In this document: positions 18,499 to 28,122 of the stretch, piece by piece
Position numbering within the stretch: position 1 is the stretch's first letter
Layout: every line of letters starts with the position of its first letter
IMG/VR virus record: IMGVR_UViG_2778261706_000022
Direction: 5' to 3' (one strand)
Length of the DNA: 39,712 nucleotides
Origin: a virus
Taxonomy: Duplodnaviria > Heunggongvirae > Uroviricota > Caudoviricetes
Translations under genes and position numbers: made by a program
Notes under the pieces: generated by a model
The model's database searches: none
The model's input: only the letters and a program-made list of their open reading frames with translations
Told to the model about the DNA's origin: nothing

Positions 18499-18899
18499 GC
18501 ACGGGCCTGTTCCGCTTTGTTACCGGTCTTTTTCCGGGGAGCATCCTGTCCGGCTTCGGCTTCGGCTTCGGCTTCGGCTTCGGCTTCGGCTTCGGCTTCG
18601 GCTTCGGCTTCGGCTTCGGCTAAATCTGTACCGGCCACTGCATGAACCACACCCGCCACGCTCCCCGCATCATCAGCAGACGTCTGTAGTATTCGCACAG
18701 TGAGGCATGGCTCCTCCTCCAGTCGGGCAAGCTGCTCCGGGGTGACCTCAACCTGCTGACGTCCACGCGTGAACAGGAACCCCGCACGACGAAACGCCGA
18801 ACGACTGCAACGCACTTCTGCCAGCACCGTGACAGAATTGTCACCACTGACCTGAAGACCTGAATCATCTGTTGCTGCCACAGTGTGATGTTCATTCAT
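18495..18899 (-). CDS. Hypothetical head-module protein containing an (Glu-Ala)12 repeat
   Basis: GGAGGG Shine-Dalgarno 6 nt before the ATG; stop overlaps the next gene's start. A perfect GCTTCG hexamer array encodes AEAEAE... Confidence 0.55.
   Translation of the reverse strand: MNEHHTVAATDDSGLQVSGDNSVTVLAEVRCSRSAFRRAGFLFTRGRQQVEVTPEQLARLEEEPCLTVRILQTSADDAGSVAGVVHAVAGTDLAEAEAEAEAEAEAEAEAEAEAEAGQDAPRKKTGNKAEQARA
18552..18620. repeat. Perfect tandem hexanucleotide repeat (GGCTTC/GCTTCG) x ~11.5
   Basis: Uninterrupted 69-bp array read directly from the sequence. In-frame in the minus-strand ORF, giving (EA)n. Confidence 0.95.
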
Positions 18900-18942
18900 A
18901 TTTGCCCTCCGCAGGGGCCGGGCCGTAAGCCCGGCTCACCGT

Positions 18943-19890
18943 TTACAGATAATCCGCGACAACCAGCTCCAGCTTACCCTTCATCTCGTTAGAGACGGTT
19001 GCGTTTCCGTCTGCGAACAGTTCACGCTCCAGCAGCTGCACCGCCTGTTTTTCCAGCGAGGTGGGGACAACAATATGGGTGGGTTTAATGCCGAGTTTGC
19101 GGCCACCGTCAGCGGTAAATTCGCGCATGGCTGACCAGCCGTGCCACAGTGCATCCAGCGTCAGCGGTGACTGCATCATGTAGGCCATCTGCCAGAAGCC
19201 GTAGCCCACATTGCGACGGGCGGATGCACCAAACACAAATTCGTTATCGGTGAATGCGCGACCTTCATCGACTTTGGTCTGGGCAACCAGTTCAGCCTTA
19301 CGGCGATCCTGATAAATCAGCGGTTTTACCGCGCGGGAGCAGTCAAGCAGATACCAGGCCGGACCGCTGTAATCAGCCTGTGCGCCGACAGAGCCGGTTT
19401 TTGCCACAAACATATTGCTGACCATCTGCGCATCCCCGGAGCCATCCACTTTGGGGTAAACCGGATGTTCGGTATCAAAGAAGTTCTGACCGTCATAGCA
19501 GGCCGCACTGATCCCGTCACGCAGGGCAGCAAAGACCAGCTCATCCGGTTGTACCGCCGCAGCGCGCCCCATCTCCTGGAACAACGGGGAATAAATACCG
19601 AGGTTGTCGTCTTCGAAGTCATCGCGGCTAATGGCGACAGTGCCTTCAAAAGTTTTGTTCACGATGGCATAGCCATAGGCTTTCATCTTCTCGATGACGC
19701 GGGAGCCGATCCACTCACGGAACTGCGGGAACTGCCCCAGCCAGCCGTAGGTGTTGGATTTCGATGTGGAGGGCACGGTCATCGCAATTTTTTTATACTG
19801 CGACGGGGCCATGGACATCCCGGCCTGAAAATCAGAACGGTAGCCCGTCATCAGGGCTGTGATCATCGCCGGTGTAATCGGGGTAGGCAT
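18943..19890 (-). CDS. Major capsid protein (Mu T-like)
   Basis: 315-aa ORF directly downstream of the protease/scaffold gene. Confidence 0.7.
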   Translation of the reverse strand: MPTPITPAMITALMTGYRSDFQAGMSMAPSQYKKIAMTVPSTSKSNTYGWLGQFPQFREWIGSRVIEKMKAYGYAIVNKTFEGTVAISRDDFEDDNLGIYSPLFQEMGRAAAVQPDELVFAALRDGISAACYDGQNFFDTEHPVYPKVDGSGDAQMVSNMFVAKTGSVGAQADYSGPAWYLLDCSRAVKPLIYQDRRKAELVAQTKVDEGRAFTDNEFVFGASARRNVGYGFWQMAYMMQSPLTLDALWHGWSAMREFTADGGRKLGIKPTHIVVPTSLEKQAVQLLERELFADGNATVSNEMKGKLELVVADYL

Positions 19891-21014
19891 TATTGCATTT
19901 CCTCTTTCATTTTCAGGAACTCGGCTTCGGTTTTACCCAGCAGTTTGGCGGCCGCGATATCTTCAGCCGACAGCGCAGCGGTGGCAGTCTTTTTATCCGG
20001 CACGGTCACGGTGTCGGTCTGAAGAGAGGTCAGGGCCGCAACCGGCTGGCGGGCGTCAAGCTGTGCAGAAAGTGCCGCAACGCCAATCTGCCCGCCCAGT
20101 TGTTCCAGATAGCCGCGTTCGCTTTTGAAGATGCGCCCTTCGGATTCAGCCTTGTCCAGCACCTGCTCCAGCGTGGTGCTGCCGTGCTGCGCCGACAGCG
20201 CAACGTATTCGGTACGCAGGGCGTTATACGTTTCAACGGGCACGTATTTCGTCAGATCAATAATGCCGCCAGCCGGTGTGCCTTTTGCGGTTTCCAGCTC
20301 TGCCGACAGACTGGCGACCTGTGTTTTCAGGTTGTCGTGTGCATCCGCACGGGTTTTGATCCCGGTGAGGGCAGACAGCGCCGCCGTGCCCAGCTCCGGC
20401 GTAAATTCGTCACCGTCAGCCACGGTCAGACCGAGCGCCGTCAGCAACTGGCGTAATTGCTCATTCATGGAGGTATCCTTTAAAGGAGGGTTTAAGGCGT
20501 TATAAAGGTCATCCGCCGACAGCGCGGCGACAGGATTCATGCCGGTCAGACCGGGGTCACCGGTAATAGCCAGCATCCGAAGTTCGACAGGTTCGCCGGT
20601 GTTCTCGTCATAGCCAATCACCGGTGAAAACCAGGGGAATTCGTTATTACGCAGATGTTCAAGGGCCGGAGGGTTCCACTTCGGGCGCACCTCGAAGCCA
20701 CGCTCTTCACTGAAGCGAAAATTCTCCGGTGAGGCCATCACAAAACCGGCAGCCGGTGCCTGATGCCCCTTAATCAGGGTCTGGTGGTTGTAGTCAATTT
20801 TCACCGGCTGATTGAGCGCCACAACCCGGGATACCATGCGCTCAACGGTCGCACGGTTAATCAGCCAGCCCTCGGCCGGTTTTTCCGGGCGACCGTCACG
20901 GGCCTTTACCCGACCGGCTGGCATGATCTGACACCAGTCACCGTCCCCGTCTGCGGACAGGCTGATGGCATTCAGAATGGCATAAGCAAGTTTGGGCGTG
21001 TTTTTCGTCTTCAT
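19890..21014 (-). CDS. Head maturation protease / scaffold protein (Mu I/Z-like)
   Basis: 374-aa ORF with an Ala/Glu-rich coiled-coil C-terminal region, upstream of the capsid gene. Confidence 0.65.
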   Translation of the reverse strand: MKTKNTPKLAYAILNAISLSADGDGDWCQIMPAGRVKARDGRPEKPAEGWLINRATVERMVSRVVALNQPVKIDYNHQTLIKGHQAPAAGFVMASPENFRFSEERGFEVRPKWNPPALEHLRNNEFPWFSPVIGYDENTGEPVELRMLAITGDPGLTGMNPVAALSADDLYNALNPPLKDTSMNEQLRQLLTALGLTVADGDEFTPELGTAALSALTGIKTRADAHDNLKTQVASLSAELETAKGTPAGGIIDLTKYVPVETYNALRTEYVALSAQHGSTTLEQVLDKAESEGRIFKSERGYLEQLGGQIGVAALSAQLDARQPVAALTSLQTDTVTVPDKKTATAALSAEDIAAAKLLGKTEAEFLKMKEEMQ

Positions 21015-21160
21015 TCCGGCAGCATAAGCCGGGAATTTTCAGGGCGGGTTTTGCGGGATTTCAGGAAGTGCTTCCAGGGGAAAAATACAAAGGCGCTTCA
21101 CGCAGATTTTAAAGCCCGTTAAATACAGGTTAGAAAATCACGACACGCGCCTGAAGGGGG

Positions 21161-21185
21161 TAAGGTAATGCATTTGCATACCTTA
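21161..21185. promoter_or_regulatory. Palindrome in the central G-I intergenic region
   Basis: TAAGGTAATGCATTTGCATACCTTA: near-perfect dyad in the 176-bp gap between the virion-morphogenesis and protease genes. Confidence 0.4.
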
Positions 21186-21190
21186 AACAA

Positions 21191-21664
21191 TTAAGGCGTT
21201 TCTGTGGCCTTTTTAAAGCGTTTTCTGATTTCGTCCATGATCTCCTGCTCTGCCACCTGATCAAAGCCCATATACGGGCGTGCGCCAATGGCCGCCGGTC
21301 CCGGTGGCATACCAGGCAGGCCACCCCACTGATGAATGGCCGCATAAGGCTCATTTGATCCAATCAGCGCCCAGGTATCGCCATAATCCGTGGTCAGGCG
21401 TCGGGCCAGATCGCCGTTCAGCGTCAGGATTTTGCCGGGCATGTATCCCTTACGGGTACGCCACTTGCGGTAAGGAGCTGACCAGTCATGCCAGCGTTCG
21501 CCGTCCGGCTCTTTTTCCTGTTCAAACGCCATTTCTGACGATGACAGAAGACTCGCCGCCACACTGCGGGCCAGGTCTTTCCCTCCACCCACAAACTGAA
21601 GCCGGGCAAAGACCCGCTGGAGACGCGTAACGTCAACAACGACAGCGGCATCAATGGATGACAT
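21191..21664 (-). CDS. Virion morphogenesis protein (Mu G-like)
   Basis: 157-aa ORF at the position and size of Mu G. Confidence 0.6.
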   Translation of the reverse strand: MSSIDAAVVVDVTRLQRVFARLQFVGGGKDLARSVAASLLSSSEMAFEQEKEPDGERWHDWSAPYRKWRTRKGYMPGKILTLNGDLARRLTTDYGDTWALIGSNEPYAAIHQWGGLPGMPPGPAAIGARPYMGFDQVAEQEIMDEIRKRFKKATETP

Positions 21665-21785
21665 ATTGCCTCCGCATAAAGGATGAATATAAAATAAACA
21701 GGCGGTCAGTGTACGCTTAACTGGTAAAGTCGGTGCCTGCCTCCGGGTGGATCATGTATGCGGGTTCAACCCCCGCCACTGACCG

Positions 21786-23117
21786 TTAATCAATATCTCC
21801 TTCCAGTACCTCAAGCATTCCACCCCGGATATCCGATTTCAGCTTATCCATATTGATAACCCGGTAAGCATTCACAATCACATCCAGTTTATCCGGCTGA
21901 CGCTTCAGGCTGTACGGCGCATTAACGGCAATCTGCACACTGCTATCCTTACTTTCCACGATATACATCAGATTGTTGTGGCGTTTGTCCCACAGCACCG
22001 CTTTTGGCTTTGCCAGCATTGCCGGTAATCGACCGAAATCCTCCGGCGTCAGGGCGATACCGTCATTCTGATGTTTCATGCTGTCCGCATGGAGCACATT
22101 TTTACCGCTCATCGCCAGCAGGCGGGCCGGTGGCGTTCCCGTCCGGCTTTCCACCGCCTGCGCAATGCTTTCGGTCATAAAGCCCAGCGTGCGGATATCG
22201 TTACCGCCTCGCCGGGTTTTCATGATGTTTTTTGCCCAGATGCGGAACGCCAGCTGCCGCTCCGGGCTGTTGTTCATCTCCTGCACTACCATTTCCCGCA
22301 GCGCCGGGCTTTTCACCTCGATCAGTTTACGGATCAACGCCTGGTCTGTGCCGAACGCCGCCGAGCCGGGGTTATATGACCAGCCCACATCCGGTGTCAT
22401 GGTTCTGGTGCCATCTGAATATGTGGTCACCGGCATTTCTCTGACTTCTCCGGTCTGCTTATCCACGCCAGCCTCAACATTGCGGGTGGAAAGATGATCC
22501 TGACCGGATGAAACGGATAACCCCATTGCATCCAGACGGGTCTGAGACAATGGCCGGACACGGCAGCGGCAGTTCCAGCCATTGGGTGGGTAGTGTGTAT
22601 TCCAGAACGGATCGTCATAGCGGAATACCTGCCCGTTAAGGGCGGAATGCGCCGGGCGGGTGCGGCTGTCCATCACCGCCACATACTGCCAGAACGGATG
22701 CGTGTCCGTGTTGTTCATCATCTGCGTGTAACGCCCGGCATTGTAAGCCACGCGGGTGTTCACGTTGTAAATCAGCGCCAGACGGCGGGGACTGCCCAGT
22801 TGCACTTCTTCTGCGTTACCGGCGCTGTCCACCACAATCTGCTTTCCCCACCATCCCAGCTTTTGCAGGCGGGGTGTCAGTGTGCGGATAAATGCTTTCT
22901 GTGAAATCCCCTCATCAACAGCACGCTGCACTTCCGCCTGTAGTGTGGTCAGTACGTCCAGGCGTGCCACTTTTGCCGCCGTGAATGAACGGGCATGAAC
23001 ATCCGCGTCTGTTTCGAACCAGTTCCAGCTGATATGCGCCCCTTTGGCGCGGAAGTATGCCACCGCCTCTTTTGAGGGAAGCGTGGCGGCATAACCTAAA
23101 TCAATCCCCTGTGCCAT
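21786..23117 (-). CDS. Head morphogenesis protein (Mu F-like)
   Basis: 443-aa ORF directly downstream of the portal gene. Confidence 0.65.
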   Translation of the reverse strand: MAQGIDLGYAATLPSKEAVAYFRAKGAHISWNWFETDADVHARSFTAAKVARLDVLTTLQAEVQRAVDEGISQKAFIRTLTPRLQKLGWWGKQIVVDSAGNAEEVQLGSPRRLALIYNVNTRVAYNAGRYTQMMNNTDTHPFWQYVAVMDSRTRPAHSALNGQVFRYDDPFWNTHYPPNGWNCRCRVRPLSQTRLDAMGLSVSSGQDHLSTRNVEAGVDKQTGEVREMPVTTYSDGTRTMTPDVGWSYNPGSAAFGTDQALIRKLIEVKSPALREMVVQEMNNSPERQLAFRIWAKNIMKTRRGGNDIRTLGFMTESIAQAVESRTGTPPARLLAMSGKNVLHADSMKHQNDGIALTPEDFGRLPAMLAKPKAVLWDKRHNNLMYIVESKDSSVQIAVNAPYSLKRQPDKLDVIVNAYRVINMDKLKSDIRGGMLEVLEGDID

Positions 23118-24699
23118 CCAGCATCCCCTTCATTTCCGCAGCAAACATGGCATCACTGAGCAGCGTCATCAGGCGGGAATCATCCATTTCACGGTAAAGG
23201 GCAGGCAGGTCTGCCAGTGCCTCCGCCAGCCCCCGCGTTCTGATGGCTTCAATGACCGGCTCCAGTACCGGGTCGATGGCCTCCTGTAACCGGCGGGCAG
23301 GCACCGCATCCCCCATGTCGTCCAGTTCATCTCGGGGGCTGCTCTTCGCTTCCGGCAGTCTGGCAGCCAGCGCTGTCTGCTCTGTCTTCTCCTGTTTTTC
23401 CGGTGGCATCTCTTTGTCTGTCTGAGCAGGTTCATTGCCACTCTGACGGACACGGAAGATGGCTTCACCGGGGGCAGGCTGTGGAATACCGGTCTGCTCC
23501 CGCACCCAGGGATCAGGAATATCCATCCCCGTACTGAGCTGCATCACCGCACTGGTGATTTTGGTGATATCCCCCGGCTCTTTTGTCTGGAAACAGATAC
23601 GCGGCAGGCGACGGATATCAATGGCGTGGGCGGTGTTCAGGGCATACAGCGGATACACCAGATCGCGGTTCAGCGTGGCGGCCAGCTGACGTAAATCAGA
23701 ATCCCTGATTTCCCGGCGCACCTCGTTATGCACTTCACCCAGCGAACGTGCGCCCTTGTCTCCGGCTTCCGTGGTCAGCGTGCCGCCGAGGATAGCTTTG
23801 GAGATGGAACGCTCCCCCCACGAAATCATGGTTTCAAACGGATCGGCCTGACCGTTCGCTGCCGCCTGAAACTCCAGCGACATCCCGGCCGGGATGATCC
23901 CGCCTGTACGTCGCCCGATATCCATCACCGCCCGCATCAGGGCGCTTTTCTGCTCCGGTGTTGCCCCGGACGGGTATTTACCGACCTTCATCGGCAGGCC
24001 GTACACCTCCAGAAATTCAGCCAGATCGCGCACGGAATAGTTTTTGAAAATGAACGGCCAGATAAGCGTTCTGACAAGCCCCGTCGCACCACCGTAGCCA
24101 GTGCGTGAACGCGACTGATGCACTATCCAGCCAAAGGGCTGAAACGCCACCCCGGCATGGCTGCCGTCACGCAGCCGCAGTTCGCTCAAATCATCCGGGT
24201 TAAGGCAGAAATGCCCGCTGTCACGCCAGCGGATGGCGCGGATGATGTGCATTTTACCGAGCATCCCGTGCTCAATCTCCATACAGGAATAGCCCTTCAG
24301 GATGGCATCGGTGGCATCAAACAGCATGGCATCAAACCAGTCGGCGGAATGCAGATATTCGTCGAGCATTTCCGCGTCCTTTTTCTCATTCGCGCTGGCG
24401 TTCGGGGGCGGCTCAATACTCCAGGACACCCCCTGAATGGCAAGGCGTCGCTTGCCCAGCTCTGCAAAAAGGTGGGTATCCTTTTCTTCAATGTCAGCGG
24501 CCAGATCGGACTGGGCAATCAGATCGCCACGTTCAGCTCCGCGAAGGCACTGTGCCGCCCGGTTCGGGGTGATACCCGAGGCCGGATGTTCAATATAACG
24601 GCTGGCAATCTGCGGAATATCCAGCACGGCACTCTGCATCTCCGGGTCAAAGGAGAAAGGTTTTCCGTCAAGATCAATTATGCGTCCCACTACCAGCAC
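23101..24699 (-). CDS. Portal protein (Mu H-like)
   Basis: 532-aa ORF downstream of and overlapping the large terminase gene. Confidence 0.7.
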   Translation of the reverse strand: MLVVGRIIDLDGKPFSFDPEMQSAVLDIPQIASRYIEHPASGITPNRAAQCLRGAERGDLIAQSDLAADIEEKDTHLFAELGKRRLAIQGVSWSIEPPPNASANEKKDAEMLDEYLHSADWFDAMLFDATDAILKGYSCMEIEHGMLGKMHIIRAIRWRDSGHFCLNPDDLSELRLRDGSHAGVAFQPFGWIVHQSRSRTGYGGATGLVRTLIWPFIFKNYSVRDLAEFLEVYGLPMKVGKYPSGATPEQKSALMRAVMDIGRRTGGIIPAGMSLEFQAAANGQADPFETMISWGERSISKAILGGTLTTEAGDKGARSLGEVHNEVRREIRDSDLRQLAATLNRDLVYPLYALNTAHAIDIRRLPRICFQTKEPGDITKITSAVMQLSTGMDIPDPWVREQTGIPQPAPGEAIFRVRQSGNEPAQTDKEMPPEKQEKTEQTALAARLPEAKSSPRDELDDMGDAVPARRLQEAIDPVLEPVIEAIRTRGLAEALADLPALYREMDDSRLMTLLSDAMFAAEMKGMLDGTGD

Positions 24700-26354
24700 C
24701 CCCGATCAAATTCATGATATGCCTCATCGTCATCACGATAACCGCCCTCCATTGCCCGCGACCGCTCCGGCAGCGCCTGACAGGCTGATTCATCCAGGAT
24801 GAAGCCCTCCATGTATGACGCCCGGTTTGCCATACAGAGCGCCACGGCAAAATCACCATGGCGGCGGGCGTTCACAGCCGTTGCGTTCTGGTCCTTCGTA
24901 CGCCCCTTGTCGATTTGCGGGATACCGTTCACCACCTTCACATGGCGCAAATCATCAAGCGTGGTCTGATGGCGGGCGACGAGGATATTCTGATCCTCAA
25001 ACTCGGCCTTCAGTTTTGGCATCCACTCGCCATACCACTTCGGCGATAACATCACGCAGTCGATGATGTCCGGGCCAAAGGCCAGCAGCGCGGCTTCGGC
25101 CAGATAGCCGCCGTTACCGGTGGCGTCGAACGCCGCACCGACCAGCGCCGGAACGCGGGTCAGGATGTACATCATCACCTGCTCCTGCTGGGCATACGGC
25201 AGGTTGCGCAGCTCCACGCGAAACACCTCGCGTTTTGCCAGGGATTCAGTGATTTCCAGCAGCACAAAGCAGGACAGGTCTCCGGTGCGGGCAAAGTCTT
25301 CCCCGAAGCTGAAGCGGGAACGGGGATTTAACGCCTCTAAAAGCGGTTTTAAATGTTCTTCACACCAGGTTAAAACCTCCGATTCACGCAGCCATGCGGC
25401 ACGGCTGATGAAGTCGTCCGGGGCTTCAAACGTCAGAATCGGGATGTCGCGGATCATCGCCATTTCAATAAGCGCGTGAGGAATATAGGCACCGCCGGAT
25501 TTTTTCGGGATACAGCCGTATTCCTCGTCGGCATCCTCACGGGTCGGGGCGTTTTTGTAGAGATCATCACGCCACTTCTGCTCGCTTTCCGGTGACCATT
25601 CGCGGCCGGTGACATAACAGATACGACGGTACAGCCCGTCCGCAATGGCATCATCCAGGGTAATGCGGTGGACGCTGTAATCCTTGCGCCCCTCGCGGGC
25701 TTCCTGAATGTACTGATTAAACAGATTATCGACGCCGTTATGCGTGGAGATAATACGCACGCGCGCGCCCCACATGGTAAGCGCCATTGCCGCCTTGAGA
25801 AGCTCATCCAGTGACTCGTGGAACGCGGCTTCATCAATCACCACATCCCCCTGAAGGCCGCGCAGGTTTGACGGACGGGAAGACAGTGCCTGAATTTTGA
25901 ATCCACTGTTCGGAAAGCGGATCATGTAGGTCAGAATTTCTTCTTTTTTATCCCGATCCCAGAAGGTCTGCTCATACACATCAGCATCTGCCAGCTGGTT
26001 AAAGGCACGGGAGAACAGTGCGCAGGCAGAAATATATTCCAGCGCCATCTCCTGCTTTGACCCCACATAAAACACATTGCGGCCACCACGCCGCTTCGGT
26101 TTTGCAGCGGTAATGACGTTACGCCCGGCTTCCGCCCAGGTAAGCCCGGTGCGGCGGGATTTTTCCGCGATGCAGACCTCGCTTTCATCCTCAAACCAGC
26201 GGGCCTGATAATCCAGAAACACCGGCATATCACCGGGCAAATCAAGGCTGTCCGGCACATCCACGCCCAGCAGGGCTTTTTCACCGGCCAGATCAATTTT
26301 GCGGGTGGAGACGGTATTCGTCAGTAAGGGTGAGAGTTCTTCGGCGTTATTCAT
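24690..26354 (-). CDS. Terminase large subunit
   Basis: 554-aa ORF between the small-subunit-like and portal genes. Confidence 0.75.
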   Translation of the reverse strand: MNNAEELSPLLTNTVSTRKIDLAGEKALLGVDVPDSLDLPGDMPVFLDYQARWFEDESEVCIAEKSRRTGLTWAEAGRNVITAAKPKRRGGRNVFYVGSKQEMALEYISACALFSRAFNQLADADVYEQTFWDRDKKEEILTYMIRFPNSGFKIQALSSRPSNLRGLQGDVVIDEAAFHESLDELLKAAMALTMWGARVRIISTHNGVDNLFNQYIQEAREGRKDYSVHRITLDDAIADGLYRRICYVTGREWSPESEQKWRDDLYKNAPTREDADEEYGCIPKKSGGAYIPHALIEMAMIRDIPILTFEAPDDFISRAAWLRESEVLTWCEEHLKPLLEALNPRSRFSFGEDFARTGDLSCFVLLEITESLAKREVFRVELRNLPYAQQEQVMMYILTRVPALVGAAFDATGNGGYLAEAALLAFGPDIIDCVMLSPKWYGEWMPKLKAEFEDQNILVARHQTTLDDLRHVKVVNGIPQIDKGRTKDQNATAVNARRHGDFAVALCMANRASYMEGFILDESACQALPERSRAMEGGYRDDDEAYHEFDRGCW

Positions 26355-26935
26355 CAGGCTTTACCCAACAGAATCCCCTTAATACGGGACTCAAGCTGTT
26401 CACTCATCCCGTCCACGCCGCGCAGCTCGTCGGTGACCGCGTTTGCCATCTCTTCAGCAAATGCGGCCCGGATTTCTTTTTCACGCTTAATGCTGCGCTC
26501 GGCGGCACTTTCCGCACGCTGTGCTGACAGGAGGATGTCTTTGATGAGGCGCATATCCACGTCGCTGTCGCTGTTCAGAGATTCGGTCGCGGCACGCAGG
26601 CGGCGGTACATCAGGGCGCGGGACATTTCCAGAATCAGCGCTGTGGTTTCACCGGTTGGCTTGTCCCCCAGTTCGGCCATCATGGCTTTTGTCTGCTCGC
26701 GTAAATCACGCAGGTTACGGGCAATCAGCTCATTACGGGAGGCTTCCCGGCTGATGGCCGCCGGTGAAAGCTGCTGCTCTTCCGGCAGGCCCGCCTCTCG
26801 GATCAGACGGTTGATTTCCTCGCGGATCTGGACCTGCGTCAGACGTTTTTCACGCAGCATTTCCAGCAGCGGCTTACGGATGCTGTCGGGGAGCAAATCC
26901 ACCTTGCGTACACGACCACGCGTCGGCTTGTCCAT
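26354..26935 (-). CDS. Terminase small subunit-like protein (Mu gp27 position)
   Basis: 193-aa helical, charged protein immediately upstream of the large terminase. Confidence 0.55.
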   Translation of the reverse strand: MDKPTRGRVRKVDLLPDSIRKPLLEMLREKRLTQVQIREEINRLIREAGLPEEQQLSPAAISREASRNELIARNLRDLREQTKAMMAELGDKPTGETTALILEMSRALMYRRLRAATESLNSDSDVDMRLIKDILLSAQRAESAAERSIKREKEIRAAFAEEMANAVTDELRGVDGMSEQLESRIKGILLGKA

Positions 26936-26937
26936 CG

Positions 26938-27228
26938 TTACCCCCTTGCGCGTGGTTTCTTCACACCCGGAACGCAGGCCCGGCCTTCCGCCACATCCTG
27001 CCCACGACCGGTCAGTTCCGCGATGAAATAACCGTTAATCAGAACGCGTTTGCGCACCAGTCCCTGCTCGGCAAGCCAGGCAATGTGGGTGTGAACGGTG
27101 TCGCGGGACACGCGGTGGCCGTAATCATCCAGACAGTCCTGGAGCACGGATTCACCCAGTTCACCGTTGTAATCTGCCAGCGACCGCAGAATGACCAGAC
27201 GCTGATCTTCAGTAATGAAATCACTCAT
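26938..27228 (-). CDS. Hypothetical protein (Mu gp26 position)
   Basis: 96-aa ORF coupled to neighbouring genes. Confidence 0.45.
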   Translation of the reverse strand: MSDFITEDQRLVILRSLADYNGELGESVLQDCLDDYGHRVSRDTVHTHIAWLAEQGLVRKRVLINGYFIAELTGRGQDVAEGRACVPGVKKPRARG

Positions 27229-27533
27229 TGCGTTTTTTTCCTTACAGCCTGCTCCAGCAGCAGTTCGTTCTGATAGGAGACAGAGCGGAGCGTGGCGTTC
27301 GTGGTTTTCAGTTCACCCCGCAGGGTCACGATTTCCACATTCAGACGGTTGACCTCGGCTTCTGTCGGCAGTGACGACAGGCGGGTTTCCACCTTCTCAA
27401 CGCGGTCGGAGAGTTTTTCAAAGGCCTCGCGGGGGACAAACGTTTTGCGCATCAGCGCCATGAATATCCCGCCAGCGGTTGCCGTCGCCGAAAGGATCGG
27501 CACAACATAATCTTTAACGATGCTGACCCACAT
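27225..27533 (-). CDS. Membrane protein, releasin-like (Mu gp25 position)
   Basis: N-terminal TM helix then a coiled-coil region, located in the lysis cassette. Confidence 0.45.
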   Translation of the reverse strand: MWVSIVKDYVVPILSATATAGGIFMALMRKTFVPREAFEKLSDRVEKVETRLSSLPTEAEVNRLNVEIVTLRGELKTTNATLRSVSYQNELLLEQAVRKKTQ

Positions 27534-27741
27534 TACGGGCCTCCATGATGTTCTGGCAGTTCACACAACGGATGGCATCAGGCACAGCAACAAGACGTGC
27601 GGCGGGGATCTCTCCACCACAGTCCGCGCAGACACGTCTGCCCGGCGTATCCACTGCCTGGCGCTTACGTGTCAGCCGGTTACAAAGGGCGCGTTCTGAT
27701 CCCCGCTCCATCACAGCCTGAGCACGATCTGAATCATCCAT
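27514..27741 (-). CDS. TraR/DksA-type C4 zinc-finger protein
   Basis: CADCGGEI...RCVNCQ motif (CxxC-x17-CxxC) in a 75-aa protein. Confidence 0.65.
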   Translation of the reverse strand: MDDSDRAQAVMERGSERALCNRLTRKRQAVDTPGRRVCADCGGEIPAARLVAVPDAIRCVNCQNIMEARNVGQHR

Positions 27742-27750
27742 ACCTTTTCC

Positions 27751-28122
27751 TTACTTCGTTTTTCCTGCCGGAACAGCAGGCGTTCCGGCCATATCAGTAA
27801 ATTCATGTTGTCGCCGCGTCTCCAGACGACGAATACTGGCCTTGTCCACGTTGCAGTTCTTGATCACCGCCAGCAGTTGCAGGTTGTAAGTGACCGATGC
27901 CCCAAACGTGAACGGCTCCGGCGCAGGAGGGACTAGGCAGTCAGCCAGCCATTCAGCGGGGATCGGCACCGGCTTCACAGGCACGTATTTCACAGACGGC
28001 CCGGCGCACCCGATCAGCCACATCATCAGGAACAGGGGCAGAGGCCGCAGGCACTGCTGCCAGCGACCGGCGGACAACGCTCTGCTGCCCCTCGCTGTGC
28101 TGAATGTTCTGTTGTTTTTCAT
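27751..28122 (-). CDS. Outer-membrane spanin candidate (lipoprotein)
   Basis: Lipobox-like LIGC followed by a Pro-rich segment. Frame overlaps the i-spanin candidate. Start chosen at the internal ATG at 28122 and is uncertain. Confidence 0.4.
   Translation of the reverse strand: MKNNRTFSTARGSRALSAGRWQQCLRPLPLFLMMWLIGCAGPSVKYVPVKPVPIPAEWLADCLVPPAPEPFTFGASVTYNLQLLAVIKNCNVDKASIRRLETRRQHEFTDMAGTPAVPAGKTK

Noticed and set aside
18552-18620. Possibility that the regular repeat is a CRISPR array
   Set aside because: Units are 6 bp with no spacers and sit inside a coding frame; this is a microsatellite-like coding repeat.
18497-18703. Plus-strand ORF encoding an (Arg-Leu)n tract
   Set aside because: It is the opposite-strand reading of the hexanucleotide repeat; the minus-strand gene has the ribosome-binding site and coupling to neighbours.
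19465-20505. Plus-strand ORFs (185, 187, 126 aa) opposite the capsid and protease/scaffold genes
   Set aside because: Antisense shadows with Arg/Gly/Cys-rich composition; minus-strand genes fit the module order.
21161-21185. Palindrome read as an intrinsic terminator for the upstream gene
   Set aside because: No U-tract follows the hairpin on the minus-strand transcript (it is followed by CCCCCTTCAGG), so a DNA-level protein-binding site is more likely.
24118-27026. Plus-strand ORFs (199, 119, 197 aa) opposite the portal and terminase genes
   Set aside because: Antisense to large, well-supported minus-strand genes with no independent signals.
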